From the NCBI GenBank assembly GCA_965248925.1, contig CBDFLE010000006.1:3360001-3424000 (forward strand): 64,000 nucleotides of DNA, written 5' to 3'. Position numbers and translations under genes: made by a program. The notes beneath the pieces are model-generated. The model was not told where the DNA came from. It did no database searches and worked only from the letters and a program-made list of their open reading frames with translations. This DNA comes from Candidatus Multivoradales bacterium (GTDB taxonomy: Bacteria > Acidobacteriota > Thermoanaerobaculia > Multivoradales > J023). Each line of letters starts with the position of its first letter. Position 1 is the stretch's first letter. Shown piece after piece: positions 56,472 through 64,000 of the stretch.

Positions 56472-56948
56472 TCACTGGCGATGGTGATCGGACAGACAAG
56501 GGGTGCTGCCGCTGAGGCTCAGCCGGCCGGTCTTGAGGCCGATCGACATCTCACCATAGTAGTTGTCGAAGTTAGTAGAGATCCAAGGCAGTGCAGAGTG
56601 CGGGTGGTGACGAACTTCCAAACCCATTTGGCGCCAAAGTTCTTCGACTCGCGCCAAAGCGGCCAGTGGCTCGGCGTTGTCGCCGAGTTCTGCTTGCAGG
56701 GTCAGTCGAGTGGTCGAGCTGGTGGTCAGGCCGCCATCGGCGCCGGTGCAGGTAGTGGTCTTGTAGGGGGGCTGCTGTGTCTCGACATTCCGAACGTCGT
56801 CGAGCGAGTTCAGCGCCTGTTGCAGGAAGCTCTGTAGACGGTCGACGGCGGTGTCGCGGTCTGGAGGAGTGGACATGGTGGCGCAAGCTCCGCTAGTGAG
56901 GACCAGAATTAAGAAGATCGTGCGGCTGAGCGTTATCGGTCGTCGCAT
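56472..56948 (-). CDS. lipoprotein (putative immunity partner)
   Basis: Lipobox-like TSGAC; two further Cys; directly downstream of the hydrolase. Confidence 0.7.
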   Translation of the reverse strand: MRRPITLSRTIFLILVLTSGACATMSTPPDRDTAVDRLQSFLQQALNSLDDVRNVETQQPPYKTTTCTGADGGLTTSSTTRLTLQAELGDNAEPLAALARVEELWRQMGLEVRHHPHSALPWISTNFDNYYGEMSIGLKTGRLSLSGSTPCLSDHHRQ

Positions 56949-56970
56949 GGCTGGGTTCAGTAGTGAAAGT

Positions 56971-58359
56971 TCAGTCGATATTCAGCTGAATGCTTGCCAG
57001 GTTGTGCAGCGATTGGTCGGTGAAGTATTGCCCGTGGCCCTTGGCAGCGCCGGTATCGAAGCTCATCGCACCGAAGCCGGCATTCGAAGGATCGGGGCCA
57101 AGGACCCAGCCAGGTGTAAGGCCGATGATATCGGCCTTTGCCTTAGCGGCGTAGATCTCGGTGCTGGCGGCGAAGCCGAGTTCTGCGGCGGTCGGTGCGC
57201 CAACTCCGGGGCTGCCGACGAAGACGATCGACTCGGCGTCGAGCCCCTGACCTCCCGACATGCCGGTGACCAACGAACCATAGCTGTGGCCGATCACCGT
57301 CAGGTGTGGATCGTGGGGCAGGGTCAGTTCGAGTCCTGCAACGAAGCGTGGCAGAGCGACGGCGGCAACCCGTGCCGCCGATTTCGAAGTAGCGTCTGGG
57401 ATCAGTCGGTCGGGAGTGTCGTAACCGAGCCAGGAGATCGAAGCGACCTCCTGCTCCGGGCGGCCGAGCTGGTGGCTGAGTTCGGCGGCTTTGCTTTGCA
57501 GATTGGCGGCGAACTGCTCCAGCCCACCGTTGTTCTTCACCCCCTGGTAGTTGTTCAGGTCGTTGGTGATGCCGGGCACGATGATCGCCACATGATCGGC
57601 GAGGTCGAGGTTGCCCTTGACCTCGGCGATGCGCCCATCGCCGGAGGGATCGAAGAGCAGGAAATCCCGATCCGGGTCGGTCCAACTCTGCCGCACCTCG
57701 ATCTTGTCGCCGAGCCGTTTGGAGAGCCGGCTCTGGCCGTCGAGGATCTGCTGTTGCTGCGGTTCCAGATGCGCCCGGCTCGAGAACCGCTCGATCCAGG
57801 TGTTGGCCTGGCGCAACTGGTCGTTGAAGTGTGGCAAGACCTCGTCGAGATGGTCTTGAATAAGCACCTTGTTGGCCTGATACCGAAGCTCGTAAGGGGC
57901 GCCATCTAGCGCGCCGACGATTTCGGGATGGCGATCGGTGAAGCCGACTTGCTGTTCCTGGCTCAAGCCGTCGAAGAACGACTTGGCGTCCGTTGGAGCG
58001 ACATGGCCGGTGTCGACCGGAGCACCCGCCGTGGGAGGTAGGGCGGTGGGGATCTGACCCAGAAAATCTAACTGCGGCTTGGCGAAGCCGAGTTCCCAAG
58101 CGGTTTGCAGCGGAGTGAACCTGCCGCTGGTGACCGCTGTCGAGCTTGGCATTTGGGAGGCGGGGGAACTCAGCGGGTCGTTCAGCTGATCGAACAGGCT
58201 GGTGGTGGCACGCTCGAAGGTAACGGCCGGCTCGGCGGCTTGTCCGCTGCCGGCGGCCGCCGGGCTTTCACCGGCTGAGGAGTCAAAAGGTTCGCTGGCC
58301 GAAGTGTCGTCGGTGGAGGCGACGCTGTGCGGCTCGGGGGTAGGCGCATCGATCTGCAT
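56971..58359 (-). CDS. alpha/beta hydrolase, Abhydrolase_8 (DUF1023)-like, with low-complexity N-terminus
   Basis: VAIIVPGI, WLGYDTP, GHSYG, FVGSPG, GHGQYF. Confidence 0.88.
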   Translation of the reverse strand: MQIDAPTPEPHSVASTDDTSASEPFDSSAGESPAAAGSGQAAEPAVTFERATTSLFDQLNDPLSSPASQMPSSTAVTSGRFTPLQTAWELGFAKPQLDFLGQIPTALPPTAGAPVDTGHVAPTDAKSFFDGLSQEQQVGFTDRHPEIVGALDGAPYELRYQANKVLIQDHLDEVLPHFNDQLRQANTWIERFSSRAHLEPQQQQILDGQSRLSKRLGDKIEVRQSWTDPDRDFLLFDPSGDGRIAEVKGNLDLADHVAIIVPGITNDLNNYQGVKNNGGLEQFAANLQSKAAELSHQLGRPEQEVASISWLGYDTPDRLIPDATSKSAARVAAVALPRFVAGLELTLPHDPHLTVIGHSYGSLVTGMSGGQGLDAESIVFVGSPGVGAPTAAELGFAASTEIYAAKAKADIIGLTPGWVLGPDPSNAGFGAMSFDTGAAKGHGQYFTDQSLHNLASIQLNID

Positions 58360-59386
58360 GAGACCTCCAGGTTGTGAATTCGTGATGCAGTCTCAGGTCA
58401 CCGGGCTCTGGCCGCGGTTTGGCCCGCGGGTTCAGCCTTTGTTGGAAGTGTACGGACTCAGGAGTAGAAGGTTCTGGCCGGCCCATCCTCAGATGGAGTA
58501 ACGGCTTCTGGACTCGGAACGGACCCATCAGGGTGGGGTATTGGCCGTCGCTCTGGGTCGGTGCTCGCTGGCGGAAATAGTAGTCTTGGTGCGTGATACC
58601 AGATTTTGCCTGAGACTATTTGAGGAAACCGCAACGAATCGCTGACCCAGCCTCTGCGGCAGATCAGCGAGGCGATCAACGACTTTCCCCTTGGAAATGG
58701 TGGCAGGTGATGCACTGGCCGGCGCAGTGATAGTCAGTTGCTGGGTGTCGACTGTAAGCGCACCGAGTTCCCGCGGATGACGCCGCCGATCCGCATTGCG
58801 ATCGAAAACCTCCCTCGGGGCCCGAAGTGGCTGGTGACCGTACACCGGCTGGATTATTAGTTCTTGGGTTAGCAGGCCGAACCCGTCTGACCCAACCTGC
58901 AGGCGACCGGCGCACCTCAGTCCAATGGCGGCGCCAGTCACTTCTGAGGTGGTAGGTCTTCGCTGATCAAGGCTGAGAAGCCGACTGAGACGTGGCAGGG
59001 CGAGGACATACCTGGACGCTGAGATTCAACCAATCGGGTTGTCGCGGGAGTTGGCAGTCGTTTCTCGGCCGCCCGCCTTGGCCGGTTTTGGCAGAGCGAA
59101 ATCGAAACGGAAGTTTCTGCTATCCGCATGGGGGATTCCCTGATCGACTTGCGCTGTAGCCGATGTAACTCACCACGCTGTCCAGAACGCAGCAGCGCAA
59201 CTCGCGAGAGTGGAGTGTCGGCTGCGATGTCTGCAAGCGACTACTCGGACTAGTGAGAGTGGCTTGGCAGGAGCATCTCACACTAGACTAAACTCCTGGC
59301 GCCTGCCGCCCGTTGAGGCTGTTCTGACCCGAGTCGCCGTACTAATCGAGACGGGATTTCCGGCCAACGGTCCCGGTAACAGCATC

Positions 59387-59839
59387 ATGCCGATCGTGAA
59401 CGAACTCGCGAGTGTCTCGAAAGCACTGGTGAGCTGTTCTGAGAGACTGGCAGATGCCCGCGACGGGCAGGCCGATCTGCGGACTCTGACCGCCACCCTA
59501 GCAGCGCGGTGCGATACGGCCCTCAATGTATGCACCGCGAACTTCCGCGAGCATCTTCTGGAGGCAGCTACGGAGAACCGCGCATTGAAGCAATCTGTGA
59601 GTAAGAAGTTGGCGACGCAAAACGGAGCCATCGAGGGGCTGGACAAGAAGTTGGATGGCGTCTCGGATGCCCTTGCTTTCGTGGGTCAAGATACGCGGGA
59701 TCTTTGCCAGGGTATCGAGGTGCTGGGTCTGGTTGGTGAATCCCAAGCCAACCGAAATGCTGCTGAGAGGATGAGGGAGTTCTTTGTGGGGTCCGACCTG
59801 AGAGTTGATCTGTCCTGCAGAAAGAGGGGCACCGGCTGA
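59387..59839 (+). CDS. hypothetical helical/coiled-coil protein
   Basis: Open frame with heptad-like composition; no family recognised. Confidence 0.45.
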   Translation: MPIVNELASVSKALVSCSERLADARDGQADLRTLTATLAARCDTALNVCTANFREHLLEAATENRALKQSVSKKLATQNGAIEGLDKKLDGVSDALAFVGQDTRDLCQGIEVLGLVGESQANRNAAERMREFFVGSDLRVDLSCRKRGTG

Positions 59840-59888
59840 GGCGCTGCTACGCGCCTGCAGCCGAGCCAGGCCGAGGAGTCGGGTCGTC

Positions 59889-61277
59889 TCAGAGGAAGCG
59901 GTGTACGATCGGGCAGTTGATGATGATGCCCGAGGAGCCGTATTCGGTGCCGCCGGGGCCGGTGACGAAGCCGAATTCGACGAAGCTCAAGATTTGGAAT
60001 TCGTCGATCAGCCGGGCACGGTAACCGGCATCGATTGCCTCTTGGGTCCATTCGCCGAGGTTGAGGTCCCACAGTGGGCTGTAGTCACCTGCAACGGTCG
60101 GAATGCCGCCGAGGGTGTTGAACGGCGGTGCGCCATCAGTGACTGCCGCTTCGAAGCCCTGGCGGTGTGGATTGTCGCAACCGCGGGGGCCGTTGGTGAA
60201 GCCGAAGATCCGCTCGACCGCGCTGAACAGGCTGTCGTCGTTGCCCACCGTAATGTCCTCGAGGCCCGGAGCATAGGTCGCCCCTTCGAGCGCCGCCGCG
60301 AGCGGCAGATTGGTTTCGGTGGAGAGATAGAGCACCGGCCGGCCGAAACTCTGACCCGGCACCAAGTCGAGGGTCACGTCGCCGGCGAAGGGCCGGATCT
60401 GCGCTACCGAGTCGTGGACTTTGGCATAGTCGACGTCGCCATTGGCCAGCCGCAGGGCGTTGGCCGGCGTCCCGAAGGCGATCACCGGCAGGTTGTAGAT
60501 GTGGCCCCCGGCGTTCTCGATCCGCACCAGCGGGGTGTAGAAGCTATCGCCCACCGAGCCGGGCTGGGCGACGACCGGAGGAAACGGCGTCGGCTCGGCG
60601 GCCGCCACCACCTCGCGCACCGGTGAGAAATCGACCGTACCCGCTTCGAAGATCAGCTCACCATCCGCCCCTAGGGTCGCGTTGCGAACACCCCGGCCGG
60701 TTTCGGCAAAAGCCAGCTTGGCTGAGAAGTTGATCCCCAGCGACTCGGCATTGGCGGCATCGGTGGTGTCGGTGGCGATAAAGAACACCGGCTCGTTGGT
60801 TCCCGCCATCCGACCGCGATAAAGGGGTAGCTGGATGGTCCGCCGCCGGGTGTCGAGCTGACCCGAGGTCAGCAGCTGGACCGGGCCCACCAGCGATGGG
60901 TTGGCGGTCGGACTCGGCACCCCGAAGTAAGTTTCCGGAACGTTGGCGCCGATCGCCGGCGACGACGGCTCGATCCGGCAACCGGGCTGCGGCACAACTT
61001 CTTCGTCGACCTCTTCGGTTTCGCTGGTTTGGAAGAAGCTATCGGCACTCTTGGCCACCGCGCCGATTTCGGCCTGGGCCAGTCCGCGAAGCTTGAACTG
61101 GGGCAGATCACCGCCGGCAATCGCCTCCGCCATCGCTGCCTTGTCCAGCGGTGGCGAATCGGTCAGCTGCAGTGCCCTACCGGAGCCCTGGGCGAAAGCG
61201 GTCGCCGGCAGCAGTAACGCCGTGCAGGCGATCGAGACAAAGAAGAGGTTCTTGAGCGAACGAATTGGTAGGGTCAT
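59889..61277 (-). CDS. conserved secreted hypothetical protein
   Basis: Signal peptide (AFA); gene-like composition; YSPLW and IINCPIVHRF motifs; function unknown. Confidence 0.8.
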   Translation of the reverse strand: MTLPIRSLKNLFFVSIACTALLLPATAFAQGSGRALQLTDSPPLDKAAMAEAIAGGDLPQFKLRGLAQAEIGAVAKSADSFFQTSETEEVDEEVVPQPGCRIEPSSPAIGANVPETYFGVPSPTANPSLVGPVQLLTSGQLDTRRRTIQLPLYRGRMAGTNEPVFFIATDTTDAANAESLGINFSAKLAFAETGRGVRNATLGADGELIFEAGTVDFSPVREVVAAAEPTPFPPVVAQPGSVGDSFYTPLVRIENAGGHIYNLPVIAFGTPANALRLANGDVDYAKVHDSVAQIRPFAGDVTLDLVPGQSFGRPVLYLSTETNLPLAAALEGATYAPGLEDITVGNDDSLFSAVERIFGFTNGPRGCDNPHRQGFEAAVTDGAPPFNTLGGIPTVAGDYSPLWDLNLGEWTQEAIDAGYRARLIDEFQILSFVEFGFVTGPGGTEYGSSGIIINCPIVHRFL

Positions 61278-61434
61278 TGAATTCTCCGAGCTAGTTTGAG
61301 TAGATCATTTGGACTCAGAGCCGACCTCGGCCCTGCGATTCGCCACCCTAGAGAGCACAGCTCACGAAACCATGGCGAAACCTTCACCAACGATCACTTT
61401 TCGGTAACCCTTGATCAACACTGGTTCCCACGAG

Positions 61435-61468
61435 CCACGGTATTTCGTGGAGTCACGAAATACCGTGG
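61435..61468. promoter_or_regulatory. perfect 15-bp inverted repeat, candidate enhancer (UAS) for a sigma54 activator
   Basis: CCACGGTATTTCGTG-GAGT-CACGAAATACCGTGG, ~90 bp upstream of a -24/-12 site. Confidence 0.65.
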
Positions 61469-61559
61469 GGGAACAGCTCAAGCCACGGCCCTGGCATACA
61501 CCTACGGATTTCGCCTCAAACTACTCATTGGAAAAGGGTTGCCTCTCCTATGGCGCAGC

Positions 61560-61575
61560 TGGCACCGGCCTTGCT
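61560..61575 (+). promoter_or_regulatory. sigma54 -24/-12 promoter
   Basis: TGGCAC-CGGCC-TTGCT matches the TGGCAC-N5-TTGC consensus. Confidence 0.8.
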
Positions 61576-61652
61576 GTGCTCTCCTTGCGTTCACTACCGA
61601 ACGCTCACAATTTGCAGCCCGGTGGAACTTACCGACCGAAAGGAAAAAAACC

Positions 61653-61904
61653 ATGAGTCATCCCAATCAGCCAGCCACCGTGTACTCCACCACCTGGTGC
61701 CCGGACTGTCACCGTGCCAAGGCATTCTTGAAATCCAACCAAATCGACTATCGCGAGATCGATATCGAAGCTACCCCCGGCGCCGGCGATCTGATCGCCG
61801 AGCACAACGATGGCAAACAGGTGGTGCCGACTCTCGAGATCGACGGCCGGTTCTATGGCAATCCGTCTTTACAGGAACTCGGCCAGCTGTTCGGCGTGAG
61901 CTGA
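61653..61904 (+). CDS. glutaredoxin-like protein (NrdH/mycoredoxin-like)
   Basis: YSTTWCPDC, VVPTLEIDG, GNPS; RBS AAGGA. Confidence 0.9.
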   Translation: MSHPNQPATVYSTTWCPDCHRAKAFLKSNQIDYREIDIEATPGAGDLIAEHNDGKQVVPTLEIDGRFYGNPSLQELGQLFGVS

Positions 61905-61959
61905 GCTGGCAGGCGCCGCCGCCCGAGTTCAAAATCAACTAGCCCAAAGGAGGCTTCCC

Positions 61960-62991
61960 GTGTCCATTCCAATCGCAGAAACCAAGGTCGACTTCGAGGC
62001 GCTCAACTTGAGCGCTGCCGAGCACCGCCGGGTGATCATCGTTGGTAGCGGCCCGGCGGGCTATACCGCTGCCCTCTACGCCGCTCGGGCCAGTCTCGAT
62101 GTGCTGGTCCTGCGTGGCGCCGAGCCCGGTGGCCAGCTGACCACCACTCCCGAAGTCGAGAACTACCCGGGCTTTGCCGAAGGGATCGGCGGCTTCGAGC
62201 TGATGGACCAGATCGAAGCTCAAGCCAAGCGCTTCGGTGCCGAGGTGCGCTACGGCACGGTAACGGCTGCCGATCTCGAGCAGCGGCCCTTTCGCTTGCA
62301 GGTCGACGGCAGCCAAGTCCTGCTGGCCGATGCGGTGATTCTCTCCACCGGCGCCTCGGCACGCTACCTGGGGCTCGACAACGAGAAGCGCCTGCTGGGC
62401 CGCGGGGTCTCGGCTTGCGCCACCTGCGACGGCGCCTTCTTCCGCGACCTTGAGGTGGCGGTGGTCGGCGGCGGTGACACCGCCCTCGAAGAAGCACTAT
62501 TTCTGACCCGCCTGGCCAGTCGGGTGCATCTGATCCATCGCCGTGGCGAGCTGCGCGGCTCGAAAATTCTGCAGCAGCGGCTGCTGAGCAACCCGAAGAT
62601 CGAAGTTCACTGGCACCGCCGGGTCCAGGACATTCTCGGTCAGGAGCGGACCTCGGGACTGCTGCTCGAAGATCCGCGCGGCGGCACGGAGGTCGAAGAG
62701 CTTGCCGTCGACGGGGTCTTCATCGCCATCGGCCACCGGCCCAACACCGACCTGGTCAGCGGCCAACTGAAGCTCGACGGGCAAGGCTACCTGGTCACCG
62801 AAGCCGACAGCGCCCGCACTTCCCGCGCCGGCGTCTTCGCCTGCGGCGATGTTCAGGACCCGGTCTACCGCCAGGCGATCACCGCCGCCGCCAGTGGCTG
62901 TATGGCCGCCCTCGATGCCGAGCGCTGGCTGGCCGTTGAGCAGCCTGAAGCAACAAGTTCCGCGATCGATCGGGTTACGGTCGCGGCTTGA
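61960..62991 (+). CDS. trxB: thioredoxin-disulfide reductase
   Basis: [42 protein letters not shown]. Confidence 0.97.
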   Translation: MSIPIAETKVDFEALNLSAAEHRRVIIVGSGPAGYTAALYAARASLDVLVLRGAEPGGQLTTTPEVENYPGFAEGIGGFELMDQIEAQAKRFGAEVRYGTVTAADLEQRPFRLQVDGSQVLLADAVILSTGASARYLGLDNEKRLLGRGVSACATCDGAFFRDLEVAVVGGGDTALEEALFLTRLASRVHLIHRRGELRGSKILQQRLLSNPKIEVHWHRRVQDILGQERTSGLLLEDPRGGTEVEELAVDGVFIAIGHRPNTDLVSGQLKLDGQGYLVTEADSARTSRAGVFACGDVQDPVYRQAITAAASGCMAALDAERWLAVEQPEATSSAIDRVTVAA

Positions 62992-63008
62992 GGGCGTACA
63001 CTTCGGCG

Positions 63009-64000
<992 letters not shown>

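Overview
GC-rich bacterial chromosomal DNA. The gene set (acidobacterial duplicated orphan permease, ECF/anti-sigma/CHAT triad, secreted proteins ending in F(A/C)DG(F/L)ESG, membrane Ser/Thr kinase-TPR proteins) suggests Acidobacteriota, probably Thermoanaerobaculia; this is inference. The left half (1-27 kb) is accessory and eroded. It holds many gene remnants, an S9 peptidase lacking its catalytic Ser segment, and three copies of a RAYT-like Y1/HUH transposase element (one full, two deleted). It also holds an ECF/anti-sigma/CHAT cluster with downstream Pro-rich small proteins. A ~10.6 kb island with no integrase is bracketed by a 381-bp duplication of the 3' half of a TauE/SafE gene; it carries a Shango-type anti-phage operon and an IS3-disrupted 2OG-Fe(II) oxygenase. 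The right half is mostly housekeeping: CHAD-sixA/ppk1, sfsA, abgT, glyQS, alpha-2-macroglobulin-pbpC and a sigma54-type glutaredoxin-trxB module. It also has a kinase-cyclase-TPR fusion and an actinobacterial-type hydrolase/lipoprotein pair. Top leads: (1) duplications of 11, 14-15 and 381 bp all start at GCACCC, the core of the HUH element's end motif, and one of them forms the defence-island boundary, suggesting HUH-driven duplication or island capture; (2) a ~350-nt densely structured, purine-rich candidate ncRNA with its own terminator between abgT and glyQS; (3) a conserved ~300-bp tail on the HUH element whose hairpins are retained in both copies.
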